This document shows, piece by piece, positions 27,789 through 37,973 of a stretch of 64,000 nucleotides of DNA. The translations under genes were made by a program, and so were the position numbers. The DNA comes from Bythopirellula sp. (GTDB lineage: Bacteria; Planctomycetota; Planctomycetia; Pirellulales; Lacipirellulaceae): the NCBI GenBank assembly GCA_965216565.1, contig OZ244170.1, positions 3,104,001-3,168,000 on the forward strand. Direction: 5' to 3'. The notes beneath the pieces are model-generated. The model worked only from the letters and a program-made list of their open reading frames with translations. It did not search any database and was not told the DNA's origin. Every line of letters begins with the position of its first letter. The first letter of the stretch is position 1.

Positions 27789-29402
27789 ATGACATCTTCC
27801 ATTCCTCGCTATCTGGTTGCTTTTCAACCCAAGCAGATTCCTCATCACTTTGTCGATGTGCTGGTGATCGGCGGTGGGATCGCTGGTTTGCGCGCGACCA
27901 TGGCTATGGATCCAAAACTGTCAGCGCTGGTGGTGACCAAAGATCGCCTGAAGGAATCGAGCAGTAATTACGCGCAAGGTGGAATTGCGGGAGTGATCGA
28001 TCCCGAGGATCGATTCGAGGACCATATTGCCGATACACTTTCCGCGGGGGCAGAACTTTGTGACCCAGAAGTGGTCGAGATGGTCGTGCGAGAAGCGCCT
28101 GAACATATTCGGCAATTGATTCGCTGGGGCACACAGTTCGACGAGGAAGAGGGCGAACTTCTACTCGGTCGCGAAGGTGGCCATGGCAAGCATCGCATTG
28201 TTCATGCCCTGGGAGATGCCACCGGCAAGGAGATCATGCGGGCGATGATTCATCGTGCACGCACGGAACTCGGCGCTCAGATCTGGCAAGATACATTCAC
28301 AATCGATCTACTCACCCACGAAGGTCGTTGCCGTGGTGCCTTGGTTTGGAACAAACATCACGGCAAGACATTTGTCTGGGCAAAGGAAACGATTCTCTGC
28401 ACCGGCGGCACGGGGCAGATTTTTCGTGAGTCGACCAACCCCCAAGTTGCCACCGGCGATGGCCATGCCATTGCCTATCGTGCTGGGGTTGAACTGGCCG
28501 ACATGGAGTTCATGCAGTTTCATCCCACAGTGCTGTACATTGCGGGAAGTGGACGCACGCTGATTACCGAAGCGGTTCGTGGCGAGGGAGCCCTGCTCGT
28601 AGACTCCAATGGCGTGCGATTCATGCCCGAGTATGACGAACGAGCCGAGCTTGCTCCGCGGGATGTCGTCAGCCAGGTCATCGATCAGCGGATGCGAGAC
28701 ACACACCACCCCTGCGTCTATCTCGACCTCACACCGATCGGTGAAGAGCGAATTCGGCAGCGTTTTCCCGGCATGGTAAAGAGTTGCGGGGAGTTTGGCA
28801 TCGATATCACGCGCGAGCGGATCCCGGTTCGCCCCGGCGCTCACTATATGATTGGCGGCGTGCAGGTGAACGATGTAGGCGCGAGTAGCCTGCCAGGCCT
28901 GTGGGCGGCGGGCGAAGTCACCAGTAGTGGGCTACATGGCGCCAACCGATTGGCCTCGAACAGCTTGTTAGAGGGACTTGTGTATGGTGCCCGTGCTGGG
29001 GAACAGGCCTCCCAAGCTGCTTTAGAAGTGGCAGACTCGTTCCAGGCGATTCCTTTGGAGAATCCCCCCCTCGAGCCACCCACCGAACCGCTCGATTTGC
29101 AGGACATCCGCAATTCATTGAAGAGCCTCATGTGGCGGGCAGCGGGTGTGCGTCGGAATGCCGAGGAACTGAGCGACGCCGAACACACGATTGATGGCTG
29201 GTTGCAGTATGTGCTCAATCGCCAGTTAGACGACTCCTCGGGCTGGGAATTGCAAAATATGCTAACCGTCTCTCGCGTGATGATCGAAGCGGCAATCCGC
29301 CGCGAGGAGTCGCGGGGCGTGCACCAGCGGAGCGATTTCCCCGATCAAAACGACGCTCAATGGTTACGCCGAATCGCTTCGCAACGACAACCAGTCGCAT
29401 AG
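27789..29402 (+). CDS. nadB: L-aspartate oxidase
   Basis: GGGIAG, AQGGIA, REGGH, QFHPT, ELAPRD, GLHGANRLASNSL. Confidence 0.95.
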   Translation: MTSSIPRYLVAFQPKQIPHHFVDVLVIGGGIAGLRATMAMDPKLSALVVTKDRLKESSSNYAQGGIAGVIDPEDRFEDHIADTLSAGAELCDPEVVEMVVREAPEHIRQLIRWGTQFDEEEGELLLGREGGHGKHRIVHALGDATGKEIMRAMIHRARTELGAQIWQDTFTIDLLTHEGRCRGALVWNKHHGKTFVWAKETILCTGGTGQIFRESTNPQVATGDGHAIAYRAGVELADMEFMQFHPTVLYIAGSGRTLITEAVRGEGALLVDSNGVRFMPEYDERAELAPRDVVSQVIDQRMRDTHHPCVYLDLTPIGEERIRQRFPGMVKSCGEFGIDITRERIPVRPGAHYMIGGVQVNDVGASSLPGLWAAGEVTSSGLHGANRLASNSLLEGLVYGARAGEQASQAALEVADSFQAIPLENPPLEPPTEPLDLQDIRNSLKSLMWRAAGVRRNAEELSDAEHTIDGWLQYVLNRQLDDSSGWELQNMLTVSRVMIEAAIRREESRGVHQRSDFPDQNDAQWLRRIASQRQPVA

Positions 29403-29477
29403 GATCAGAATTCTAGAAAAATCGCCGAATTCTGGTGAACCGAGGCCTGTTTCGAGACGTAGCGGCAGGTATAGACA

Positions 29478-29578
29478 GAGTCTGGGTCGGGGGGGTAACC
29501 TCTAACGGTACAAGGCACTGCCCCTGAGGCAGCATGCCGGTGTATCCCGCCGATTTGAGTAACGAGCCGACCCGGCTC
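29478..29578. ncRNA. Candidate rod-shaped structured RNA of ~100 nt (possibly 6S-like)
   Basis: Nested complementary segments GAGTC(T)GGGTCGG/CCGACCCGGCTC, CTC/GAG, CGG/CCG, TACA/TGTA, GGCA/TGCC, CTGCC/GGCAG. Confidence 0.45.
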
Positions 29579-29916
29579 CGACTTGGTTTCCGTTGGTCAA
29601 TACTGTGAATTCACATGGAGATGTGATCTTCACCAAAGGCTTGGAGTCCATAGATTAGCGAACCTTTCCTGGAATTCAGATTCGAGTTTTCAAACGCAAT
29701 ATCTTCTGTCACCTCGCCCCGGCGAGTCGCCTCTGGAGACCTCGGCAGACCTCGGAATGACAGCTACTGGCGTAGCTGAGAAAAATGCTTAAGTGGTACA
29801 GGCTGTAAGTGGCGATCCTAGATCGACCACAATTGCTAAACATTAAAACTTGGAATGTCTTGTATTTTCGTCCTCAATAACTCGACTATCGATCAACCCT
29901 AGAAACAAACATTGCC

Positions 29917-30663
29917 ATGAGTGAAAGTTCGCCCAACGCAAAAGTACCAATGATCGAGGCCCAAGGCCTCTCCAAGTTCTACGGGGTCTTCGCCGCCGCT
30001 CGGGACGTGACGTTTTCGATCAACCGTGGCGAGGTCGCTGCTTTCTTAGGTCCTAACGGCGCCGGCAAAAGCACCACGATGAAGCTGCTCACCGGCTATC
30101 TGGCACCCTCGGAAGGCACCGCTAAGATCGCCGGCTTCGATATGTCCAGCGATCGCCTGGAAGCTGCTAAAAAACTTGGGTATCTTCCCGAGAATGGCCC
30201 GCTCTATACAGACATGACGCCCCGCAGTTTGCTCACCTTTTTTGGCAACATTCGCGGACTCTCCGCTGGCGAAATGGAAGAGCGGCTCCAACGCATCATC
30301 AAGACGTGTCGACTGGAAGCCGTCATCGGGAAGCCGATCGGCAAATTGTCCAAAGGTTATCGCCAACGTGTCGGCATGGCACAGGCACTGCTGCACGAGC
30401 CTGAAGTATTGATTCTGGACGAACCCACCGCGGGACTCGATCCCAACCAAATCCACGAAGTCCGTAAGATGATTCGCGAGCTCGGACAATCGAAAACAAT
30501 TTTGCTTTCGACCCATATCTTGCAGGAAGTCGAAGCGATGTGTAACCGTGTGATTTTCATCAACGAAGGCCGCATCGTCTTTGACGGCACGCCTGACGAA
30601 TTGTCGAGCGATCGGGACAAGCTTGACGACCGTTTCCGCGAACTGACGACCACTACGGAGTAG
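29917..30663 (+). CDS. ABC transporter ATP-binding protein (GldA-like)
   Basis: GPNGAGKST, LSKGYRQR, ILDEP. Confidence 0.93.
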   Translation: MSESSPNAKVPMIEAQGLSKFYGVFAAARDVTFSINRGEVAAFLGPNGAGKSTTMKLLTGYLAPSEGTAKIAGFDMSSDRLEAAKKLGYLPENGPLYTDMTPRSLLTFFGNIRGLSAGEMEERLQRIIKTCRLEAVIGKPIGKLSKGYRQRVGMAQALLHEPEVLILDEPTAGLDPNQIHEVRKMIRELGQSKTILLSTHILQEVEAMCNRVIFINEGRIVFDGTPDELSSDRDKLDDRFRELTTTTE

Positions 30664-30753
30664 TTGCCCGCATTGTCACGGCAGCACACTCCCTGCACTT
30701 TCATTTCCTCCATTATCCACAAGCTTTAGTAACCGCACGAAAGAGTTGTTGAC

Positions 30754-33615
30754 ATGAACTGGAACGTTCTCAAATCGATTTTCTGGCGCGATTTCGTGAG
30801 CTATTTCTCCAGCACAACTGGCTACGTATTCATCTGCGTGTTCGTTGTCCTTAGCGCTCTGGCAACTTTCTGGCCTCCCGAATTCTTTGCGAATAATCTG
30901 GCTAACCTCGACCAACTGAGTCGCTGGCTACCCTTTATCATGCTAGTTTTTATTCCCGCCATTACGATGAGCACCTGGGCGGAGGAGCGTCGCCAGGGGA
31001 CCGACGAGCTATTGCTGACCGTCCCAGCCAGCGATTTAGACGTGGTACTGGGCAAGTACCTCTCGGGCGTTGCGATCTTTACCGTTTCGCTAATGTTTTC
31101 TGCCTTCTCTATCTTTCTGATGTTTAAGTATGGATTAGGAAATCCCGATCCCGGACTGTTTGTAAGCACCTACATTGGCTATTGGTTTATTGGTGCGGCG
31201 ATGATCTCGATTGGTATGGTGGCCTCGTTTCTCACAGATAATCTCACGGTGGGCTTTATCTTGGGAGCGCTGTTCAACTTGCCATTGGCGTTGTTTGGTG
31301 TTTCGGACTGGGTTATTAAGAATCCAATGATCGCGCAAGCGATTCGTCGCTGGAGTGCTTTAGAACAGTTCCGCGATTTTGAACGAGGTGTCGTCAGCTT
31401 GGGTGGCGCCACCTACTTTGTGATGCTGGCCGTGGTGATGCTCTATCTCTGCATGGTGCTCATCGGCAAGCGTCATTGGCAAGCCCGCGATGAAGGCAGC
31501 TCGCTGGTGGGCCACTTTCTGATTCGAACGTTGGCGCTCCTTGCCATCGCGGTAGGCGTAACTGAGTTTGTGCAGAGTCGTAGCCTCCTGCGGGCAGACA
31601 TCAGCAGCGAACGGCTCAACACCTTATCGAGCGATACAAAAGAACTGCTTGAAGAATTGCGAAATAACGAAGAGGCTCGAACCATTAAGATCGAGGCCTT
31701 CGTCAGTCCCCAGGTGCCCACGGAGTACTCGGCGACCAAGCTCAACCTGCTTTCAACGCTGGCCGAATTGCAAGCACTAAGCGGCGGCAAGGTGCAGGTG
31801 ATCAAGAACGAGATCGAAACGTACGGCCCCGAGGCTGTCCGTGCGGAGAACACTTTTGGCATCACCCCGCAAGAAGTTGTTGTCGAAGATGGCGGCGAAC
31901 GCTCGCAGGAAGAATTCTTCATGGGCGTGGCGTTTACCTCGGGTCCTGCCAAGGTGGTGATTCCATTTCTCCATCGCGGCATTCCCGTCGAATATGAGTT
32001 GGTACGGTCGATCCACACGGTTCTGAAAGCAGAGCGATTGAAAGTTGGCGTGATCGACACGGGGCTCGCGTTCGTCAATCCCTCGGGCGACCCCGATCGA
32101 GAGTGGCCCCTAATCCGCGAACTTCGTAAACAGTACGACATCGACGACAAACCTGTCGATCCTTCGCAACCAATCAAAGACTCCTACGATGTGCTGCTCG
32201 CGGTTCAGCCTTCGATGCTTGGCCCCCAGGAAATGGATCATCTGGTCGATGCCGTACGACGGGGAATTCCGATCGCCATTTTTGAAGATCCCATGCCCCA
32301 GGCATATCCCGAGCAAGTTGCTGGAACCGGAATGCCGAAACGTTCGCAAATGTCGATGTTTGGCGGTCCACCGCCCGAGCCTAAGGGAGACATCACACAA
32401 TTGTGGAAAACACTTGGCATCAAAATGGATCCCATGGCTGTCGTATGGCAAGATTACAATCGCGAGCAGTCCGTTGCCACCGAGGCGGACGAACAGTGGG
32501 TGTTCATCGACCAGGGTAACGGGGCAACCGAGCCCTTCAACGAAGACGATCCCATTAGCTCAGGTTTAAACCAACTGCTGTTCCTCTATCCAGGATATAT
32601 AACCAAAGACGAAGACTCGAAGCTGAAGTTCGAGCGTCTGGCAGTGACAGGCAACGAGAACTCGGGCACCGTCGACTTACCCATGCTTCGTCGCGGTCAG
32701 CGGAACAAGGGGGTCTTTAGTCGACAGACAACTTCTAACCCCTACATCATCGCAGCCCGAATTAAGGGCGAATACGCCGATGACGATTTGGCACTCAGCG
32801 GAAATTTGCTAGAAGGCTTGATCGACAAGAACCAAGGCAATTCCTCGGCTGCCGACAGCGCAAAGTCTGAAGAGGAAGAAGAGGAGGAGGAACTCGACGC
32901 CTCCAAAGATCTATCCTCCGGCGATGCTGCTGACGATGGTTCCGAAACAGACGATTCCGAAGCGGGCAAAGCTACAGACGGTGCCGCTGAAACCGACGCT
33001 GTAGAAATCAATGCCGTGGTGGTCACCGATATCGACTGGATCATCCCCGCCTTCTTCTACATCCGCGAGAGTGGCGACCGAATGTTTATCCCCGCCACTC
33101 AGAACGTCACCTTTATTCTAAACATCATCGATGCCCTTGCCGGTGACGAGCGGTTCCTCGAAATCCGCAAACGCTCGCCCCAGCATCGCACTTTGATCAA
33201 AATCGACGAAGCAACGGAAAATAACCGCATGGAATCGCGGGAGGACCAGGCCAAGCTATTCAAGGATATCGAAACCAAGAGAAGCGAAGCCCAGGCTCGA
33301 TTTGACGAAGCGATTTCGAAGATCGAAGACAACCCAGATCTTTCGCAACGCGAAAAAGATCTCCGCTTGGAAATAGTCCGACGTCGCGAACAACAAAAAT
33401 TGGAGGCAGAGATCCAATCTTTTGAAAGCGATCTGAAACGCACGCAAAAGCAGATCGACTACAAGCTTGATCAGAAAATCCGTGCGGTCCAGGACCAATA
33501 CAAAATGTTTGCTCTCCTGGTGCCACCGATTCCTCCACTGCTGGTAGCGTTTTATGTGTTCTTCCGCCGTCGAGAGGCGGAGCGTGAAGGTGTGGCCCAA
33601 GAGCGACTTCGTTAG
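30754..33615 (+). CDS. GldF/GldG-type ABC permease fused to an auxiliary periplasmic domain
   Basis: PAITM..WAEERRQGTDELLLT permease motif followed by a GldG-like domain (TLS..T, EYEL) and a C-terminal TM. Confidence 0.88.
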   Translation: MNWNVLKSIFWRDFVSYFSSTTGYVFICVFVVLSALATFWPPEFFANNLANLDQLSRWLPFIMLVFIPAITMSTWAEERRQGTDELLLTVPASDLDVVLGKYLSGVAIFTVSLMFSAFSIFLMFKYGLGNPDPGLFVSTYIGYWFIGAAMISIGMVASFLTDNLTVGFILGALFNLPLALFGVSDWVIKNPMIAQAIRRWSALEQFRDFERGVVSLGGATYFVMLAVVMLYLCMVLIGKRHWQARDEGSSLVGHFLIRTLALLAIAVGVTEFVQSRSLLRADISSERLNTLSSDTKELLEELRNNEEARTIKIEAFVSPQVPTEYSATKLNLLSTLAELQALSGGKVQVIKNEIETYGPEAVRAENTFGITPQEVVVEDGGERSQEEFFMGVAFTSGPAKVVIPFLHRGIPVEYELVRSIHTVLKAERLKVGVIDTGLAFVNPSGDPDREWPLIRELRKQYDIDDKPVDPSQPIKDSYDVLLAVQPSMLGPQEMDHLVDAVRRGIPIAIFEDPMPQAYPEQVAGTGMPKRSQMSMFGGPPPEPKGDITQLWKTLGIKMDPMAVVWQDYNREQSVATEADEQWVFIDQGNGATEPFNEDDPISSGLNQLLFLYPGYITKDEDSKLKFERLAVTGNENSGTVDLPMLRRGQRNKGVFSRQTTSNPYIIAARIKGEYADDDLALSGNLLEGLIDKNQGNSSAADSAKSEEEEEEEELDASKDLSSGDAADDGSETDDSEAGKATDGAAETDAVEINAVVVTDIDWIIPAFFYIRESGDRMFIPATQNVTFILNIIDALAGDERFLEIRKRSPQHRTLIKIDEATENNRMESREDQAKLFKDIETKRSEAQARFDEAISKIEDNPDLSQREKDLRLEIVRRREQQKLEAEIQSFESDLKRTQKQIDYKLDQKIRAVQDQYKMFALLVPPIPPLLVAFYVFFRRREAEREGVAQERLR

Positions 33616-33687
33616 CAGGCGAACTAGAATCCTTTAGCAAATACTTCGATATCAAATACTCCGCTAAGAGATACGAGAGAGTTCATA

Positions 33688-35415
33688 ATGAGTGAAATGG
33701 CAAAAACCATGATGTTTGTGGGCGCCGCTGTTTTGGCGCTGGTCGCTGGGTTTGCGACCCGGCCAGGATACGAAGATTTCGACGTGCAAGCCGAGGTAGG
33801 CAAACTGCTCAATCAATTTGAAGTGGAAGAAGCCAAACGGCTAAAGCTTGTGACGTTCGACAAAGAGACGGCCACTTCACAGGAGTTTGAAGTCGCTGAG
33901 GAAGATGGTCTTTGGACCATTCCCTCAAAGCAGGACTATCCGGCTGACGCCGTCAAACAAATGGCAGCTGCTGCTACGGGAATGATCGATCGGGAAATCT
34001 TGCGTGTTGCTGCCGAAAGTGCCGACCAGCATGCTGAACTGGGACTCGTCGACCCCACCTCATCGAACCTCAGCACCAGTAGCAAAGGCGTCGGCACTCG
34101 TGTGACGATGACCGACAATGATGGCAACGCCCTGGCCGACATGATCATCGGTAACAAAGTTCTCGACGAAGAAGACCAGTACTATGTACGCAACGCCGAT
34201 CAAGATTACGCCTATGTAATCAACTTCGATCCCGAGCCGCTAGCTACGCAGTTTGAAGAATGGATTGAAAAAGATCTGCTCAAGCTGAATGCCATGGATA
34301 TTCGCCGCTTGCACATCAAAGACTATTCCGCAGAGCTAATGCTCACCTTGCAGGGAATGGCTATCAATTGGGATCGACGTGGCGAGATGGAACTGGCCTT
34401 CGACGCTACCGAGAACAAGTGGATGCCAGTGAAGCTGCAGACCTTCGATCCAGATCAGAAGTCGATGGTCGAAGCTCCGCTGGATGAAAACGAAGAACTC
34501 GACGAAGACAAACTTCGTGAATTGCGAAACGGCCTAGACGATTTGACGATTGTAGATGTTGAGCGCAAGCCCAAGGGGCTCAGCTCCGACCTCAAAGCAG
34601 GGAGCGATTTTCTCGGCAACCGAGAGGCGCAGAACAGCCTCGTTCAGCGCGGGTTTGCACCGGTTCCCGTACAGGGCACCGACGAAACCGAGATTCTCTC
34701 CAGCGAGGGGGAAATCATCTGCACCATGGACGATGGGGTGGAATACATCTTACGGTTTGGAAATCTCAAGCTCGCCACCGACGGCGAATCGACTGAGTCT
34801 ACTGGAACTGATCCCGACGCCGAGTCAGATGACGGAATCCACCGTTATTTGTTTGTCATGGCTCGTTACAACGATGGCATCCTCGAGCAGCCAGCGATTC
34901 AGGATCTGCCGGAGATTCCGGAGCCATCGGAATCACCGTCCGAAGCAGCCGAGAATTCTGACCAAGAGCAGTCCGAACAAGAAGATGCTCAGCAAGATGC
35001 CGACACAGCCTCGTCGGATGCGGAAGAACCCGAAGATACGGAAGCCACCGATTCGGAAGATGCAGCTGAGGATAGCGAAGCAGAAGACGCCAGCGAAGCC
35101 GAACCGCAAGACGACAACCGGAAACAGTTGATCGCCGCGCGTGAAGCTATCGAAGCCGAGAACGAGCGTCTCCAGGCTGAGTACCAGGAGAAAGTTGACG
35201 AAGCACAGCAGAGGGTTCAACAGCTCAACGAGCGATTTGGCGATTGGTACTACGTGATCGACAACAAGGTCTACAAAAAGATCCACCTCAGCCGCGATGA
35301 CATTGTCAAAGAGAAAGACGAAGCGGAAGCCGAGACCGCAGACTCGGCAGCCAATTCGGCACCACCTGCGGGAAGCATTCCCGGCTTGCCAAATCTACCA
35401 GGCGGAACCCAATAG
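33688..35415 (+). CDS. DUF4340-type accessory protein of the Gld-like ABC module
   Basis: N-terminal anchor; W......YPAD, LGL, IIG, YYVR motifs; third gene of the module. Confidence 0.75.
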   Translation: MSEMAKTMMFVGAAVLALVAGFATRPGYEDFDVQAEVGKLLNQFEVEEAKRLKLVTFDKETATSQEFEVAEEDGLWTIPSKQDYPADAVKQMAAAATGMIDREILRVAAESADQHAELGLVDPTSSNLSTSSKGVGTRVTMTDNDGNALADMIIGNKVLDEEDQYYVRNADQDYAYVINFDPEPLATQFEEWIEKDLLKLNAMDIRRLHIKDYSAELMLTLQGMAINWDRRGEMELAFDATENKWMPVKLQTFDPDQKSMVEAPLDENEELDEDKLRELRNGLDDLTIVDVERKPKGLSSDLKAGSDFLGNREAQNSLVQRGFAPVPVQGTDETEILSSEGEIICTMDDGVEYILRFGNLKLATDGESTESTGTDPDAESDDGIHRYLFVMARYNDGILEQPAIQDLPEIPEPSESPSEAAENSDQEQSEQEDAQQDADTASSDAEEPEDTEATDSEDAAEDSEAEDASEAEPQDDNRKQLIAAREAIEAENERLQAEYQEKVDEAQQRVQQLNERFGDWYYVIDNKVYKKIHLSRDDIVKEKDEAEAETADSAANSAPPAGSIPGLPNLPGGTQ

Positions 35416-35450
35416 CTCGGCTTGCGCTAGGACAAATTCGATTGGCGAAT

Positions 35451-37550
35451 TCAAATTCGCCTGCGGCCGCCAAGCCCCATCGCTGCCAACACAATTGACA
35501 GGGCGATCGTGCTTGGTTCTGGCACTGCGGCTGCGCTAGCCTCCAGCGATGGCGAGATGCCGTAGTTTGCCTCCCAAGCCATCAGATCTGAGCCAGACAT
35601 TCCATTCCCCTGCCAATACAGAAAGTCGAAACCGTCGACAAAGCCGTCCGCGTTGAAATCACCCGTCGGAGGCGGGCCGGAAGTACTCACTTGCAATGTC
35701 CCGGTGCCTGAAAGCAAAGGCGAAGTAAGCGGTGCTCCGGAAGTGGGCGAACCCCAGATGCCCGCGGTCACAGGCACGCCATCTATCCAAAGTGCGTTTA
35801 CCACGTCCGGCGCGCCATTGAAATCGAGGTCGAGGACTCCGGTACCAGAGAGCAGTACGTCGGCTGCATCATCTAACATGGTGCTTCCAACACTTAATGC
35901 ACCCTCCACTACAACGGTATCCCCCGACAAAGCGCCAGTACCACTAAGTGCCAGTGTGCCGGCACCACTCTTTGTGATTCCCCCATTGGTTACCGGCACA
36001 TCCAGTTCAAGATCGATGGCCGCAACATCGTCACTAATGTTCCACGTTCGATTTGCCCCGCCTAAATCAACCTGCCCCAAGTTGCCAGCTCCGGCTCCGG
36101 TGGTAACCAGTGCTGCCGCCCCAGCTAGGGGGGTAAAACTGATATCGCCAATGAGTTCGATCTTGGCCGGTGTCGAGGCATCCGGCATCAGTTGAATAGT
36201 ATCGGCCACTAGCGAACCACCGATAGAAAACGTCTCGGTGGCATCGACCTGCAGGGTATGCACACTTAAGCTCCCACCATCGAGCATCACTGGGGCAGAG
36301 AACTGTGCGGAATTCGGCGTAGAGTCTGCCGCAGGGACGTAGTTAATCACTAGTATTCCCCCGGTAAGATCAAGAGCCTCACGAGCTACCAACTTGCGGA
36401 TATTGTGAATTCCCGATGAAAGAGTGACCGTAACATCTTCATTGGCACGATCGAGAATAACGGTGTCATCGCCACTGGGAAGTCGAACCGCCGGTAGGGT
36501 GAGCGACCCTGCCCGAGGAAGTTGGCCTGGACCCTGCACCGGCGCAACCGGCGCTTGCCCGCTGTTCCAGTTGGCAAGCGTGGTCCACTGGCCATCACTG
36601 GCCGAGGTCCACAGCGCAGGTACAAGATTGTCCTTCAGGAATTCCGTGCCACCTTGAGCAACATTGAAGTCGAGGTTGCTGTTGCCATTGTTGAAACTTT
36701 GCAGACGTCCCGAGCTGGCATACTGCCAGTAGGTCCAAGGGTGAGTCACCCCAGCATCGTCCCAGGGTCCATAGAATCCATTGAACGTATCCTTCGGATG
36801 AGCAGTTTGCACTTCCGCGGAATCTGGATCGAGTTGATAGGCATAGCGAGCATCCCAGAGGTTTGGATAGCTCTCAACGATTTGATCACGAAGCGAAGAG
36901 GATGCAGCTTGCAACGTTTGCGAATAGCTTCCGTTGATGTACATCGTGGGACGGATTCCCATCACCTCGTGAACGCGATTTGAAAAGTCGATCGAAAACT
37001 GTGCCAACTCGTTACTCGTTCGAGTCAATGGGCCCTCCAGATCGAAGACCGGCATCAAGTACCCTGGTCGCATCCAAGCTCCAGCCATATCAATAAAATG
37101 ATTGGCTTCGTCCGTGCCCGTATTAGCAATTCCGCCAGAGTTCGGCGTGCTGGCGATAATATCGTGCCGACCGAAATGGTAAGGCCCGGCATACAATCCG
37201 GCATTCGTGGCACGCGTGATGTTTCGTACAAAGTAGGGGTCGTCATAGCGCTGAGACAAATTGAAATCATCGTTGTCGTTCGATGGAAAACCACCTTGGC
37301 GCTTATCAATACCAGTCGTGCCGCCACGGGTAGACCGGATGAAGACGAAGTCGCGGTTCTCGACATTGTGGATGTTGTTCCACGTCGTCTGCGAAATTGT
37401 CCCCTGCCAGCGAGAAACGTCGAGCCCCAACACGCGCGATTGAGCGACAACCGGCTGAATCAAAGACAGCAGGCCACAGCAAGCAAGCACGATCGTCAAC
37501 GTAGACCTGAGTATTGCAGTATAGAATGGTTGCACGATCTTCTCCGCCAA
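35451..37550 (-). CDS. GH25 lysozyme + autotransporter-type beta repeat + dockerin-like segment + PEP-CTERM
   Basis: GLDVSRWQG, FDLE (DxE), WTYWQY; TKSGAGTLALSG; GDFNADGFVDG.DFL.WQ; VPEP tail. Confidence 0.88.
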   Translation of the reverse strand: MAEKIVQPFYTAILRSTLTIVLACCGLLSLIQPVVAQSRVLGLDVSRWQGTISQTTWNNIHNVENRDFVFIRSTRGGTTGIDKRQGGFPSNDNDDFNLSQRYDDPYFVRNITRATNAGLYAGPYHFGRHDIIASTPNSGGIANTGTDEANHFIDMAGAWMRPGYLMPVFDLEGPLTRTSNELAQFSIDFSNRVHEVMGIRPTMYINGSYSQTLQAASSSLRDQIVESYPNLWDARYAYQLDPDSAEVQTAHPKDTFNGFYGPWDDAGVTHPWTYWQYASSGRLQSFNNGNSNLDFNVAQGGTEFLKDNLVPALWTSASDGQWTTLANWNSGQAPVAPVQGPGQLPRAGSLTLPAVRLPSGDDTVILDRANEDVTVTLSSGIHNIRKLVAREALDLTGGILVINYVPAADSTPNSAQFSAPVMLDGGSLSVHTLQVDATETFSIGGSLVADTIQLMPDASTPAKIELIGDISFTPLAGAAALVTTGAGAGNLGQVDLGGANRTWNISDDVAAIDLELDVPVTNGGITKSGAGTLALSGTGALSGDTVVVEGALSVGSTMLDDAADVLLSGTGVLDLDFNGAPDVVNALWIDGVPVTAGIWGSPTSGAPLTSPLLSGTGTLQVSTSGPPPTGDFNADGFVDGFDFLYWQGNGMSGSDLMAWEANYGISPSLEASAAAVPEPSTIALSIVLAAMGLGGRRRI

Positions 37551-37973
37551 TCTCTTGGAATGATTCCTGGAAACTAGAAGTTCCGTAGCCGATGCCCTCC
37601 AATTTCAATTATTGTTCCGCGGTATTTTTTCGACAACAAGTCGACCCACCATTGCGCGAGTTCAACACTAGTATGCGCAACAAGGAGAAGATCGCATTAG
37701 AAAAACAAATGAGAAGAAGTGGGAAATGCTCTACAAGACACTTCCAGGGTGAGCACCCTTAGGGCAAGTGGTTGCTACTTACGCTTCCACGCTGCTCCCC
37801 AACTCACGTGGGCCTTGCTGCAAAGGTAAGGTCGACAGATTCTCCACATCTTTCGTTTCTCGATTTTTGCAGGCGTTGCTTGGTTTCCTCACGCACTTTC
37901 AGTTAAGCTCGGAAGATTAGAATTCAGTTACAAGGTTTGGGTCGAAAAAACATCTCCATGTTGGAGGAGTCAA

